DNA from: Dehalococcoidia bacterium
GTDB taxonomy: Bacteria; Chloroflexota; Dehalococcoidia; SHYM01
Direction: 5' to 3'
Assembly (NCBI GenBank): GCA_009692805.1
Contig: SHYM01000001.1
Coordinates: forward strand, 2,831-66,830
Length of the DNA: 64,000 nt
Shown here: in pieces, positions 9,571 to 19,472 of the stretch
Position numbering within the stretch: position 1 is the stretch's first letter
Layout: the number at the start of each line of letters is the position of its first letter
The notes under the pieces: generated by a model
Database searches by the model: none
Told to the model about the DNA's origin: nothing
What the model saw: only the letters and a program-made list of their open reading frames with translations
Position numbers and translations under genes: made by a program

Positions 9571-11517
9571 GTGGGACATTGGGGTGGCGGGGGCGGGGGC
9601 GGCGGCTTTGGTGGCGGCGGCCTGGGAGGCGCCCTGGGCATGGGGGGTGGCGCCAATCAGTGGCGCCGCGCCGCCGACGGCTGGCAAGATGAGGCCGTGG
9701 GCAAGGCCTACGACCACACCGTCATGACCCGCCTGGTGCGCTACCTCTTGCCCTACCGGCGCCACATCATCCTCTCTCTGCTAGGGACGGTGCTATTCGC
9801 CCTCGCCTCCTATACCCAACCCGTGCTGGTGGGCATGGCCATCGACAGCGCTGTCCAGGGCAACCTGCGGCAGCTAAGCTGGGTGAGCCTGGCCTTCGTG
9901 GCGCTGGCCCTTATCGCCTGGGCCTCCTACTACTTGTTCATGTCCACCACAGCCTGGCTGGGCCATCGCGTCCTCTATACCCTGCGCACCCAGATGTTCG
10001 ATCACCTGGAGAAGCTATCCCTCAGCTTCTACGACCGGCAGGAGGTCGGGCGGGTCATGTCCCGGGTCCAGAACGATGTGACCTCCATCCAGGAGCTCCT
10101 CACATCGGGCTTTTTCGCCATCCTGGCGGACGTGCTGGGCCTGGGGGTGGTGGTCTTCTGGCTCCTGGAGCGAGATGTGGCGATGGCCCTTATCGCCATG
10201 GCCGTGGTCCCCCTCCTGCTGCTCTCCCTGGTGATCTGGCAACGACGGGCGATAGGGGCCTTCATCCGCGTCCGCGCGGCCATCGCCAGGGTGAACGCCA
10301 ACCTGCAGGAGAACATCTCCGGAGCGCGGGTCATCCAAAGCCTCAATCGGGAGGACGAAAACCTGCGCCGCTTCGATGAGGTAAACGCCAGCCACCTGCA
10401 GGCCAACGTGGAGGCGGGACGGCTGTCGGCGGCGGTGCAGCCGATGGTAGAGATAGCGGTGGCCATCGCCACCGCCCTCGTCATCATCTTCGGCGGCATC
10501 CGCGTGATCCAGGGCGGCATAACCATCGGCGTCGTGGTCACCTTCGTGGTCTTCGTCCAGCGCTTCTTCGAGCCCATCCGCACCCTGGTCATGCAATACG
10601 CCCAACTCCAGCGCGCCATGGCCGGCGGCCAGCGCATCTTCGAGGTGCTCGACACCAAGCCCCAGATTGTGGATGCGCCCGACGCCGTGGAGCTGGCGGA
10701 CATCAAAGGCGCGGTGTCCTTCGAGCATGTCCATCACAGCTACCTGCCGGGCTTGGAGGTGCTGCACGACTTCAACCTGGAGGTGTCGCCGGGGGAGACC
10801 ATAGCGCTGGTCGGCCCCACCGGGAGCGGCAAGACTACGGTCACTTCATTGGTGTGCCGCTTCTACGATATGACCCAAGGGCGCATCCTCATCGACGGCC
10901 ACGATGTGCGGAACATCAAGCTCAGCTCCCTGGCGCGCCGCGTGGGAATGGTGCTCCAGGACGCCTTCCTTTTCTCGGGCACCGTTAAAGAAAACATCCG
11001 CTATGGTCGCTTGGACGCTACCGATGAAGAGATCGTGGAGGCAGCTACAGCCGTGGGGGCTCACGGCTTCATCTTGAGGCTGGCCAAGGGCTACGAAACC
11101 GTCCTCCAGGAGCGTGGCCAGAACTTATCGGTGGGGCAGCGCCAGCTCATCAGCTTCGCCCGCGCGGTGGTGGCAGACCCCCGCATCCTCATCCTAGACG
11201 AGGCGACCGCCAAGGTGGACAGCAGCACGGAAGCCGTTATCCAGAAGGCCCTCAGCCGCTTGCTGAAGGGGCGGACATCCTTTGTGATCGCCCACCGGCT
11301 CTCCACCATCCGCAGCGCCGACAGGCTGGTGGTCCTTGAAGCCGGCCGCGTCGCGGAGATAGGCACCCACGAGGAGCTGCTGGCCCGCGGCGGCCTTTAC
11401 AGCCGCCTCTACCGCATGAGCTACGAAGGGCGTGACGGCGCGACGCTATCCGGCAACGGCGACGGCCACCTGGCGAGCCCTTTGCCCGGCCTCGGGGAAC
11501 CGCTTACCGCAAACTAG
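9571..11517 (+). CDS. ABC exporter, fused permease/ATPase (second half-transporter; start uncertain)
   Basis: GPTGSGKTT, LSVGQRQL and Walker B are present. A GTG at 9571 yields a 51-aa Gly-rich N-terminal tail. An alternative ATG at 9724 gives the canonical MTRLVRYLLPYRRH... N-terminus. Confidence 0.75.
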   Translation: MGHWGGGGGGGGFGGGGLGGALGMGGGANQWRRAADGWQDEAVGKAYDHTVMTRLVRYLLPYRRHIILSLLGTVLFALASYTQPVLVGMAIDSAVQGNLRQLSWVSLAFVALALIAWASYYLFMSTTAWLGHRVLYTLRTQMFDHLEKLSLSFYDRQEVGRVMSRVQNDVTSIQELLTSGFFAILADVLGLGVVVFWLLERDVAMALIAMAVVPLLLLSLVIWQRRAIGAFIRVRAAIARVNANLQENISGARVIQSLNREDENLRRFDEVNASHLQANVEAGRLSAAVQPMVEIAVAIATALVIIFGGIRVIQGGITIGVVVTFVVFVQRFFEPIRTLVMQYAQLQRAMAGGQRIFEVLDTKPQIVDAPDAVELADIKGAVSFEHVHHSYLPGLEVLHDFNLEVSPGETIALVGPTGSGKTTVTSLVCRFYDMTQGRILIDGHDVRNIKLSSLARRVGMVLQDAFLFSGTVKENIRYGRLDATDEEIVEAATAVGAHGFILRLAKGYETVLQERGQNLSVGQRQLISFARAVVADPRILILDEATAKVDSSTEAVIQKALSRLLKGRTSFVIAHRLSTIRSADRLVVLEAGRVAEIGTHEELLARGGLYSRLYRMSYEGRDGATLSGNGDGHLASPLPGLGEPLTAN

Positions 11518-11798
11518 GCTGGCCGAGCGGCCGACCCGGGCCCGTCGCACCCGAGGCGAGCGCGTAACGGCCTCTCTGGATGCGGCTTTGGCCCTAGCTC
11601 CGCCGAGCCCGCCGTATAAGAGCTTGCGGTGCCAGGCACCGCTCTGGGCACGGGCCTGCGGTCGTTCACCGGCCCTCGCTGCCCATGCCAGGACGGTTGC
11701 GCAACGCGCCTTTATCATGTAATACAGACGGATAACAGTCTGAGGTTGTCAGCGAGGTGCCACGCAGGAACCTCCGTGTCGCTGAGAAAGGGGATGGC

Positions 11799-11972
11799 AT
11801 GACCCAGAACAGAGAGGCGCAATGGCAGGTTACGTGCCAATGTGGCTGGCGCGTGCACGGGGCGAAAGCAGAGGTCGTCGTAGCCGTACGACAGCACGGT
11901 CGCAGCGCCCATCAGTTGGAGGTCACCGAGGACCAGGTGATGGCCCTCGCCGTTCCGGACGGACAGGCCTAG
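11799..11972 (+). CDS. DUF1059-like small metal-binding protein
   Basis: MTQNREAQWQVTCQCGWRVHGAKAEVVVAVRQHGRSAHQLEVTEDQVMALA, with an AAAGGGGA RBS. The track ORF starts further upstream. Confidence 0.5.
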   Translation: MTQNREAQWQVTCQCGWRVHGAKAEVVVAVRQHGRSAHQLEVTEDQVMALAVPDGQA

Positions 11973-12073
11973 TCACCGATATTCGGCACGAGGCGCCGGC
12001 GCCCACCCTTGAAGCACCTCGCTGTCTTCCTCATGGCTAGCGTTGAGTAGCCCGTCCCGATGGGGGCGACAAC

Positions 12074-12634
12074 ATGGAAAGCGAACGACCGTCGCAGCAT
12101 ATCGAGGGGCTGCCGGCGCCGCTCTCGGAACTGCCGTGGTCGGCGTCCTTCGTGATGCAGGCGATAGAAATCCTGCCGGTCGCGTTGCGCGAGAGGCAGC
12201 TTCTATCCCTGCGGCCCGAACACGCCGGCTCATTCGTCGTCGGCTGGCCGGCTGGCGCCCGGCCAGAGGAGGTAGCGGCACGAGCGATGCAGGAGTTGGG
12301 GCTGGAGCCCCTCGTCCTCCACTCGACATCGTGGCGTCACGTCGGGGCGGAGGTGGTGCTCACCTATCTGACCGTCGTGTCGCCCGTCGCCGGCCTTCCG
12401 CCGTCATGGGAGGCCGCGCCTATCATCCATGTAGAACTGGCCCGCGGCGACGCCACGACCCCACCCTCGGCCATCGGCGTGCTGCAGGTTCTAGAGCACA
12501 CGTTGCGTCACCTGGCCTGGCTGCTGGGGGACGATCCGGCGATTGCGGGCGCCCTTCCCGACTGGCGAGAGGCTCTAGCTGACTACGTCCCCGAGCCCTT
12601 CCGGGCATTTGCGGGACCAGTTTCGCAGCCTTAA
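12074..12634 (+). CDS. hypothetical protein
   Basis: 186-codon ORF with no overlap. No recognisable motif. Confidence 0.35.
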   Translation: MESERPSQHIEGLPAPLSELPWSASFVMQAIEILPVALRERQLLSLRPEHAGSFVVGWPAGARPEEVAARAMQELGLEPLVLHSTSWRHVGAEVVLTYLTVVSPVAGLPPSWEAAPIIHVELARGDATTPPSAIGVLQVLEHTLRHLAWLLGDDPAIAGALPDWREALADYVPEPFRAFAGPVSQP

Positions 12635-12734
12635 CCGCCGGACGGGGCGGCTCCGCTTCAGAGATCTGGCGGCATAAGCCCAAGCAACTCTCCGGTGTCC
12701 ATGCGTGGTGCGCTTCTCGGGCGAGGGGGGGGTA

Positions 12735-12811
12735 TGGCGACCCCGATGGGATTCGAACCCACGATCTCCACCGTGACAGGGTGGCATGTTAGGCCGCTAC
12801 ACCACGGGGCC
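12735..12811 (-). tRNA. tRNA-Asp (GTC)
   Basis: The reverse complement folds as a cloverleaf: acceptor GGCCCCG/CGGGGTC, anticodon loop CTGTCAC, TTCGAAT T-loop, genomic CCA. Coordinates +/-1. Confidence 0.8.
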
Positions 12812-12865
12812 GCGCACAATATTCTAGGCTCGCCCCCTCCCTGGTGTCAAGGAAAGATACATATA

Positions 12866-12918
12866 AAATACGTGGGCAACGGGGAGGCCCTTCGACCGGT
12901 CAGGCGGCCACGTATTTT
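12866..12918. terminator. AT-rich hairpin (AAAATACGTGG...CCACGTATTTT) overlapping the YHS gene stop; candidate bidirectional terminator
   Basis: 11-bp arms are followed by T-runs on both strands. It lies between the end of the copper operon (minus) and the end of the plus-strand ORF/tRNA-Asp. Confidence 0.4.
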
Positions 12919-13085
12919 TGGGGCTCTTTATCGAAGCTCTGCTTGCAGCCGGCGGCGCAGAAATAGTAGCTGGCGCCCTTGTACTCCGACTTGCCCGCGG
13001 CCTGGCTGGGGTAAACCTCCATCTTGCAGACAGGGTCCACCACCTTTTGCTCCTGAGCCTTCTTCCCGAAAGGCCAGATCTTCAT
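12900..13085 (-). CDS. YHS-domain (TRASH-like) small copper-binding protein
   Basis: MKIWPFGKK...DPVCKMEV...YYFCAAGCKQSFDKEP, with an AAGGAAGG RBS. The track ORF extends 5' without support. Confidence 0.6.
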   Translation of the reverse strand: MKIWPFGKKAQEQKVVDPVCKMEVYPSQAAGKSEYKGASYYFCAAGCKQSFDKEPQKYVAA

Positions 13086-13134
13086 GCCAGCTACCTTCCT
13101 TTCAGTGATGCCAGAGGACTCGCTGCCCCTGGCG

Positions 13135-13368
13135 CTAACCCAGCTCGTCCCGTAGCTCCTGGAACTGCTCCTTCGTGATTTCGCCGCGGGCGTAGCGCGT
13201 CCTGGCGATGCCCAGGGGGCTGCGCTCCGCTGCTCCTTTGCCTCCGCTGACAGTGCGCACGGCCCAGACGACAAGGGCGACTACAGCGCCCCAGAACAGG
13301 AGCATGGCGACCATGCCTATAGCCATCATAGCAATGCCCCAGCCGCCCATTGTGTGTCCGTACCACAT
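13135..13368 (-). CDS. SHOCT-domain membrane protein
   Basis: One TM helix, then RTRYARGEITKEQFQELRDEL, a SHOCT motif. Confidence 0.6.
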   Translation of the reverse strand: MWYGHTMGGWGIAMMAIGMVAMLLFWGAVVALVVWAVRTVSGGKGAAERSPLGIARTRYARGEITKEQFQELRDELG

Positions 13369-13377
13369 ACTGCCTTC

Positions 13378-13791
13378 CTAGTCTAACGGGAACGTGTCCG
13401 GCGCTCGGTCGAAGCGCTCCTTGCAGCCCGCAGCGCAGAAATAGACCGTCCTGCCGGCATGCTGGCCGGTCGCAGCGGCATCGGCGATGGGGATGACCAT
13501 GCCGCACACGGGGTCGCGGGCGCTGTTGGCCTCGGCAGCGGCTCCGCTAGGGCGCGACGTCTGCCCCTGCGCCGGCTCGCGGGTCAGCCAGCGGCGCAAG
13601 ACGGGGGCGAGGGTTGGCATGATGACGATCAGGGCCAGCAGAAAGACCCACGCGGCCCCGCCGTAGCGCGCCACGGCATCGCCCGGCGCCGCCCCCGGCG
13701 CCAGCAGGGCGAAGGCCAGGGCCAGGGCCGCGGCCAGCCCCGTGTAGACCAGGGCGCTCAGCCAGGCGGCGGTGCGAACGCTTAGTCCCAT
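13378..13791 (-). CDS. membrane-anchored YHS-domain protein
   Basis: Two hydrophobic segments followed by DPVCGMVI...YFCAAGCKERFDRAP. Confidence 0.65.
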   Translation of the reverse strand: MGLSVRTAAWLSALVYTGLAAALALAFALLAPGAAPGDAVARYGGAAWVFLLALIVIMPTLAPVLRRWLTREPAQGQTSRPSGAAAEANSARDPVCGMVIPIADAAATGQHAGRTVYFCAAGCKERFDRAPDTFPLD

Positions 13792-13798
13792 CTTTGCC

Positions 13799-16396
13799 TC
13801 ACTGGGGGCTGGGTGCCGGCAGCCTCACCGGCGCCTCGGCGGTCTTGCCTGGGGCGCGCGTGCCACCGCTCCCCGCGCTCGCCTTGAAGCGCCTCATCAG
13901 TAGCGTGTTCAGGGTGACCGAGAGCGAGCTGGTGGCCATGAAAAAGGCTGCCAACTCGGGCCCCACCACAAGCTGGAAGAAGGGGTACAGGAGCCCGGCG
14001 CCGATAGGGATGCCTGCAGTGTTGTAGGCGAAGGCCCAGAACAGGTTCTGCTTCACCTTGCCCATGGTCGCGCGGGCGATCTGGATGGCCACGGCGACAT
14101 CGCGGGGGTCGTCCTTTAGCAGGACCACATGGCCCGCTTCCTTGGCCACGTCGGTGCCGCTGCCGATGGCCAGGCCCACGTCGGCCTGCGCCAGGGCCGG
14201 GGCGTCGTTGATGCCGTCGCCCACCATGGCCACCCGGCGTCCGCGGGCCTGCAGCTTCCTGATCTCGGCGGCCTTGCCCTCGGGGAGCACCTCCGCCAGC
14301 ACCACCTCGATGCCCAACTGCCGGCCGACGGCCTGGGCGGTGCGGCGGTTGTCGCCCGTGATCATGGCGACCTCCATCCCCATCCGGCGCAGGGCCTGGA
14401 CGGCGGCCGGGGAGGTGGGCTTCAGGGTGTCGGCCACCGCGACGATTCCCACGGCCACGCCGTCGACGCCCACGAACATCGCGGTCTTGCCAGCCTCTTC
14501 CAGCGCCTCGGCGTCGGCAGCGAGCGCGTCCAGGGCGACGCCGCGCTCGGCCATCAGGGCGCGATTGCCGACCAGGACCAGGCGCCCCTGGTACTGGGCC
14601 TCCACGCCCCGGCCTGGGACGGCCTGGAATGAGCTGGGGGTCTCCAGGACAAGGCCGCGCGCCTGAGCGCCGCGCACCACCGCCTCGCCCAGGGGATGCT
14701 CCGACTGCCTGTCAGCGATGGCGGCGAGCCGCAGCACCTCCGGCTCCGGCATCCCGCGGGCGACCACATCGGTCAGGGAGGGCTCGCCCCGGGTCAGGGT
14801 GCCGGTCTTATCGAAGACCACCGTCTGCAGCTTGGCGGCGCTCTCGATGGCGTCGGCGCCTTTGAACAAGACGCCGTGCTCCGCTCCCAGGCCCGAGCCC
14901 ATCATGATGGCGCTGGGGGTGGCCAGGCCCACGGCGCAGGGGCAGGAGATCACCAGCACCGTCACGCTCATCAGCAGGGAGAAGCCGAAGACCCCCAGGC
15001 CGGTCAGGGTGTTGGGGGAGAGGATGAAGCGGCTCTGGGGCTCGAACCACTGCTGGTAGCCGAAGAAGAACCAAAAGGCGAAGACCAGCAAGGCCAGGAC
15101 ATGCACGCCCAGGATAAAGTGACCGGCCACGGCATCGGCCAGGCGCTGGATGGGGGCCTTGCTGACCTGGGCCTCCTCCACGAGGTGGACGATCTGGGCC
15201 AGGGCGGTCTCTCTGCCAACTCGCTGGGCTTCAAACCGGAAGGCGCCGGTCTTGTTCAGCGTCCCGCCGATCACCGTGTCGCCCGCCTTCTTCTCCACCG
15301 GCAGGCTCTCGCCCGTGATCATGGACTCGTCCACGGCGGAGTAGCCCTCCAGCACCAGGCCATCCACTGGCACGCTCTCGCCGGGACGGACCAGGACCAT
15401 ATCGCCCACCTCCACCTCATCGGCTGGCAGGTCCATCTCCTGGCCCTGGCGCAGCACGCGCGCTCGCTTGGGCTGGAGCTTCATGAGGCGGCGGATGGCC
15501 TGGGAGGTGCGCCCGCGGGTGACGGCCTCCAGATAGCGGCCCAGCACGATGAAGGCCGTCAGCAGCGCCGCCGACTCGAAGAAGGTCGCCTTCTCGCCGC
15601 CGAAGCCGGCCTGGGGCCAGACAGTGTTGATGAGAGCGATGAGGTAGGCGGCGCCGATGCCGGTGGCGTAGAGCAGGTTCATATCGGTGGCGCCGCGCCG
15701 GAGGCCGTTGAAGCTGTGGATGAAGAACTGGCGGCCGGGGCCGAGGACGATGGGCGTCGTCCAGCCCAGGAGCCACCACTTGTTGCCCAGCAGCTCGGGC
15801 ACGAAGCTTGGGAGTATCCAGAACTCCCGGAAGGTCCCCACCATGATCAGGAGGCCCAGCGGCCAGGCGACCAGCAGGTTGAGGAGCTGCCGGCGGACCT
15901 CCCGCCGGCGCGCCTCTTGCTCCCGGTCCAGGGAGGCGGCCTCCCTCTCCCGCACCTGATAACCCAGTTGAGCGATGGCCCTCTTGATCTCGATGGGGCG
16001 GAGGGCGCTGCCGGCGTACTCCACCGTCGCCGTCTCCGTGGTCAGGTCCACCTCCACGCTGGCGACGCCCGCGAGCTCGCCCAGCGCCTTCTCGATGACG
16101 CCCTGGAGCGGGGAGCCCTTCATCCCCAGGACCAGGAATTCGCTCCGGTCCCAGGGCAGGTCATACCCCACCCCCTTGACCGCCTGGCGCAACTTGAGCA
16201 AGGGGACCTGGCCGGGGTCCAGCTCCACCACCGCCCGCTGGCCTTCTAGAGTCACCGCGGCCGAGTGGACCCCCGGCACCCCGCTCAGGGCCTTCTCCAC
16301 TGTGGTGACGCAAGCGGCGCAGTGCATGCCCGCGACGGGTATGCTGAGACGCTTTAGCTGCGGGCGCGCCGCCGCCATGTTCTGCTCGTCAGCCAT
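13799..16396 (-). CDS. copA: copper-translocating P1B-type ATPase
   Basis: N-terminal HMA domain (GMHCAACV) and a second HMA-like domain lacking the Cys pair ([10 protein letters not shown]). [16 protein letters not shown] and TGD motifs are present. Confidence 0.9.
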   Translation of the reverse strand: MADEQNMAAARPQLKRLSIPVAGMHCAACVTTVEKALSGVPGVHSAAVTLEGQRAVVELDPGQVPLLKLRQAVKGVGYDLPWDRSEFLVLGMKGSPLQGVIEKALGELAGVASVEVDLTTETATVEYAGSALRPIEIKRAIAQLGYQVREREAASLDREQEARRREVRRQLLNLLVAWPLGLLIMVGTFREFWILPSFVPELLGNKWWLLGWTTPIVLGPGRQFFIHSFNGLRRGATDMNLLYATGIGAAYLIALINTVWPQAGFGGEKATFFESAALLTAFIVLGRYLEAVTRGRTSQAIRRLMKLQPKRARVLRQGQEMDLPADEVEVGDMVLVRPGESVPVDGLVLEGYSAVDESMITGESLPVEKKAGDTVIGGTLNKTGAFRFEAQRVGRETALAQIVHLVEEAQVSKAPIQRLADAVAGHFILGVHVLALLVFAFWFFFGYQQWFEPQSRFILSPNTLTGLGVFGFSLLMSVTVLVISCPCAVGLATPSAIMMGSGLGAEHGVLFKGADAIESAAKLQTVVFDKTGTLTRGEPSLTDVVARGMPEPEVLRLAAIADRQSEHPLGEAVVRGAQARGLVLETPSSFQAVPGRGVEAQYQGRLVLVGNRALMAERGVALDALAADAEALEEAGKTAMFVGVDGVAVGIVAVADTLKPTSPAAVQALRRMGMEVAMITGDNRRTAQAVGRQLGIEVVLAEVLPEGKAAEIRKLQARGRRVAMVGDGINDAPALAQADVGLAIGSGTDVAKEAGHVVLLKDDPRDVAVAIQIARATMGKVKQNLFWAFAYNTAGIPIGAGLLYPFFQLVVGPELAAFFMATSSLSVTLNTLLMRRFKASAGSGGTRAPGKTAEAPVRLPAPSPQ

Positions 16397-16414
16397 CCCC
16401 GTCTCCCGGCGTAG

Positions 16415-16681
16415 CTAGCGGTTGGCCAGCCTATACAGCTCGGAGAGCTCGCCGATGATCTGGGCCTCGCGGCCGCCCTGGATACCCTGGACCACACAGT
16501 CGCCCAGATGGCCGTCCAGGAGTTTGGCCTCCAGCTTCTCAATGGCGCGGCGGACGGCCCTGGTCTGCTTCAGCACGTCCACGCAGTACTGGTCGGCCTC
16601 GATCATGCGGCGGATGCCCGCCAGGTGGCCCTCGATGTAGCTCAACCGCTTCAGGCTCTCGGCACGGACGTCGTTTTGCAT
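16415..16681 (-). CDS. csoR: CsoR/RcnR-family metal-sensing transcriptional repressor
   Basis: MQNDVRAESLKRLSYIEGHLAGIRRMIEADQYCVDVLKQTRAVRRAIEKLE, the DUF156 fold. A GGAGG RBS precedes it. The track ORF extends 5'. Confidence 0.8.
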   Translation of the reverse strand: MQNDVRAESLKRLSYIEGHLAGIRRMIEADQYCVDVLKQTRAVRRAIEKLEAKLLDGHLGDCVVQGIQGGREAQIIGELSELYRLANR

Positions 16682-16695
16682 TAGCCTCCGACCCC

Positions 16696-16712
16696 TACCC
16701 CCTGGGTGGGGG
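16696..16712. promoter_or_regulatory. candidate CsoR operator (ACCCCC-TGGGT-GGGGGT pseudo-palindrome)
   Basis: A GC-tract inverted repeat lies 15-30 nt upstream of the csoR start, comparable to known C-tract/G-tract CsoR operators. Confidence 0.4.
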
Positions 16713-17410
16713 TTGTTCCAAGCACAGCATAGCACGCTCCGCAAGAGCAGTCTCCAGGGTGTGCGCCGCACGAGCTATGATCGCAGCTGCCGGTCACACT
16801 GTCATGAGCAAGGCGCATCAGGCGGCGTAGCGTGAGTTGCCTATTTTGGAACACATGCCCCCTCTCCGAGTTTGGGAGAGGATTAGGTGTGAGGGCCGCC
16901 ATGCTCGCGCCGGGCGCGGCAGCTAAGGTGCGGCGGAGGTCACGCTGAACCGCGCCCTTCCTTCTCCGTAGCGAAGTCCTCGAGCTGCTGCGCCAGCGCC
17001 AGCAGCAGAGCCCGCTGCGCCGGGTCCTGGACTCGCGCCGCCCGCTCGCGGTTGCGCTGGGCGTGTTCGCGCAGCAACTGCGCCGAGGCCTGGCCGTACA
17101 GGGTCAGGAAGTCATCGCGTTCCAGCATTGCATCCCTGTGGTATTGTAACCCTTGCGCCTAACACTAAGCACGTGACGGTCGGTGGACTGGTTGGTTCTC
17201 CCTAGCCAAGGTAGGAGGCACAACGGCGTCTACTGCTCCCGCGGCCGACAGACTGCCGAGACAGTAGCGCCTCGGCGAGGCGCGCCTCCGGGCTGGACAC
17301 GATCTAGACGTGGAGGACGTTCGGCGGGTCCTTCGATAAGTCGTGATGGAACGCGGCTATTCTGTATTGATGTTTTCTATGGCCATTGGGAAAGCCTATC
17401 CCACATCTTG

Positions 17411-17445
17411 ACACGCCAGGGAGCGATGCCTACTATACCGTTTGC
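17411..17445 (+). promoter_or_regulatory. sigma70-like promoter candidate (TTGACA-17 nt-TACTAT)
   Basis: Both hexamers are seen in the 400-bp non-coding stretch upstream of the S58 peptidase gene. Confidence 0.35.
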
Positions 17446-17536
17446 TGGCGATCCCGAACCGTCGGGACGGCAAGCGGCATCCAGAGTTGGAGTCAAAAGG
17501 CGAGCCCCGCTTGGATCCCAGGACCGAGACGCGGGT

Positions 17537-18568
17537 ATGACAGGAAGCGGTGATACCCCCTCGGTCATTGTGCCCGAGGGGTTTATTGTGTGTGACGGTG
17601 CCATGCCGGGAAGCATCACCGATGTCCCCGGAATACTGGTAGGGCACTACACCGACCGGCGCGCGGCCACGGGCTGCACGGTGGTGCTCTGTGAAGCGGG
17701 CGCGGTGCCCGGAGTGGCCGTGCGGGGCGCGGCGCCAGGCACCCGGGAGACGGACTGCCTGCGCCCGGGCATGCTGGTGCCCAAGCTCCACGCCGTTCTC
17801 CTCAGCGGCGGCAGCGCCTTCGGGCTGGCGGCGGCGGAGGGCGTCATGGCGTTCTTGGAGGCCCGGGGGGTGGGCTTCCGGGTGCGCAATTTCGTAGTCC
17901 CCGTCGTCCCGGCAGCGATCCTGTTCGACCTGTCCCTGGGCGATGGCTCGGTGCGGCCCGGGGCGGCGGAGGGACGCCGCGCCTGCGAGGCGGCGACGGC
18001 GGGGCGGGTGGCCGAGGGCAGCGTCGGCGCCGGCACCGGGGCCACGGTTGCCAAGGCCCTGGGGATGGAGCACGCCCTGAAGGGCGGCGTCGGCAGCGCC
18101 AGTGAACGCTTCGGCGATGGCGTCGTGGTCGGCGCCCTGGCAGCCGTCAACGCCCTGGGGGATATCATCGACCCGGCCACCGGCCAACAAGTGGCGGGGC
18201 CCCGCAACCCAGCGGGCCCGGGCTTCCTACGCACGCTGGACATTCTGAAGAGCGGCCGCGGGCCCCAGCGCACCTCGGAGGTGGGCGAAAACACTACCCT
18301 CGCCGTGGTGGCGACCAACGCCGCCCTGACCAAGGAGCAGGCAACCAAGGTGGCGCAGATGGCCCACGACGGCCTCGCCCGGACCATCTGGCCCGTCCAC
18401 ACCATGGCCGACGGCGACGTAGTCTTCGTCCTGAGCGCCGGGGAGCGGCAGGCGGATTTGTCCACCCTCGGCGCCGTGGCGGCGGAGGTGACCGCCCAGG
18501 CCATCCTGCGCGGGGTAAAGCGGGCGCGGGGCCTCTGCGGCGTGCCCGGCCTCGGAGATAGCAAATGA
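17537..18568 (+). CDS. P1/S58 family peptidase (DmpA/L-aminopeptidase D-Ala-esterase-amidase family)
   Basis: DVPGILVGHYTD...GCTVVLCEAG...AVLLSGGSAFGL motifs. The start is placed at MTGSGD. The track ORF begins ~350 nt earlier in low-complexity sequence. Confidence 0.7.
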   Translation: MTGSGDTPSVIVPEGFIVCDGAMPGSITDVPGILVGHYTDRRAATGCTVVLCEAGAVPGVAVRGAAPGTRETDCLRPGMLVPKLHAVLLSGGSAFGLAAAEGVMAFLEARGVGFRVRNFVVPVVPAAILFDLSLGDGSVRPGAAEGRRACEAATAGRVAEGSVGAGTGATVAKALGMEHALKGGVGSASERFGDGVVVGALAAVNALGDIIDPATGQQVAGPRNPAGPGFLRTLDILKSGRGPQRTSEVGENTTLAVVATNAALTKEQATKVAQMAHDGLARTIWPVHTMADGDVVFVLSAGERQADLSTLGAVAAEVTAQAILRGVKRARGLCGVPGLGDSK

Positions 18569-19446
18569 CGGGACGTCCCCTGGTAGGCATCATCGGCGCC
18601 GGCGCCCTGGGGACGGCGTTGGGTCCGGCCCTGGCCGGCGCCGGCTACACAGTGGTCGCCGTCGCCAGCCGCGACGACGCCTCGGCGGAGGCCCTGGCGC
18701 GCTGCCTTCCAGGGTGCCGCGCTACCACGGCGCAGGGGGTGGCCGAGGCCGCCGAGCTGGTGTTTTTGACGACGCCCGATGACGCCGTGGGGCCCACCGC
18801 GGCCTCCCTGCGCTGGCGCCCCGGCCGCGCCGCCATCCACTGCTCGGGTAGCTTGACCATGGCCCCCCTGGCGACCGCCGCCGCCCAGGGCGCCCGGGTG
18901 GGAAGTCTGCACCCCTTGCAGGCCTTCGCCGAGCGGGGCCGTCCCGAGCTCGCCACCGGCATCGCCTGGGCCCTGGAGGCGACGCCGCCCCTGGACGCCA
19001 CCCTGCGGCAGCTGGTGAACGACCTGAAGGGCTGGATCATCGCGGTCACGCCGGAGCAGCGGATCCTCTATCATGCCGGCACGATCCTCGCCTGCAACTA
19101 TCTGGTGACCCTGGTGAAGCTGGCGACGGACCTCTGGGAGCCCTTGGGCATGGGCCGCCGGCAGGCGGTGCGGACCCTCCTCCCCCTGCTGCGGGTTACC
19201 CTGGATAACATCGAGCGGACAGGCTATCCCAACTGCCTGACCGGCCCCCTCTCCCGGGGGGATGGCGGGGTGGTCCAGCGCCACTTGGAGGCCATCGGCC
19301 AAGTGGCGCCCCAGGCGGCCGCCACCTACCGCGCCCTGGGCCTGGCTACGCTGCCCATCGCTCGGGCCAAGGGCCGTCTGGGGCCGGAGCAGGAGGAGAA
19401 GCTGCGCGTGCTGCTGGCGGGCGTGAGCGGGGACACCGAGAGGTAG
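18565..19446 (+). CDS. Rossmann-fold DUF2520-like oxidoreductase (candidate ketopantoate reductase, PanG-like)
   Basis: N-terminal [22 protein letters not shown] dinucleotide-binding motif. Start overlaps the upstream stop. Lies immediately upstream of panD-panB-panC. Confidence 0.6.
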   Translation: MTGRPLVGIIGAGALGTALGPALAGAGYTVVAVASRDDASAEALARCLPGCRATTAQGVAEAAELVFLTTPDDAVGPTAASLRWRPGRAAIHCSGSLTMAPLATAAAQGARVGSLHPLQAFAERGRPELATGIAWALEATPPLDATLRQLVNDLKGWIIAVTPEQRILYHAGTILACNYLVTLVKLATDLWEPLGMGRRQAVRTLLPLLRVTLDNIERTGYPNCLTGPLSRGDGGVVQRHLEAIGQVAPQAAATYRALGLATLPIARAKGRLGPEQEEKLRVLLAGVSGDTER

Positions 19447-19472
19447 AGCTAGCGCACCGAAAGGAGTGGAGC

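Noticed and set aside
14696-16249. 517-aa ORF on the plus strand opposite copA
   Set aside because: It is antisense to an unambiguous P-type ATPase. The translation is low-complexity (Gly/Ala/Gln/His-rich), typical of GC-rich antisense frames.
17183-17536. N-terminal 118-codon extension of the S58 peptidase ORF
   Set aside because: The extension is Arg/Gly-rich with no similarity to DmpA N-termini. The conserved N-terminus begins near 17537, and a sigma70-like promoter lies inside the extension.
17647-19302. 551-aa minus-strand ORF overlapping the S58 peptidase and DUF2520 genes
   Set aside because: It is antisense to two well-supported genes. The translation is Arg/Pro/Gly-rich low-complexity.
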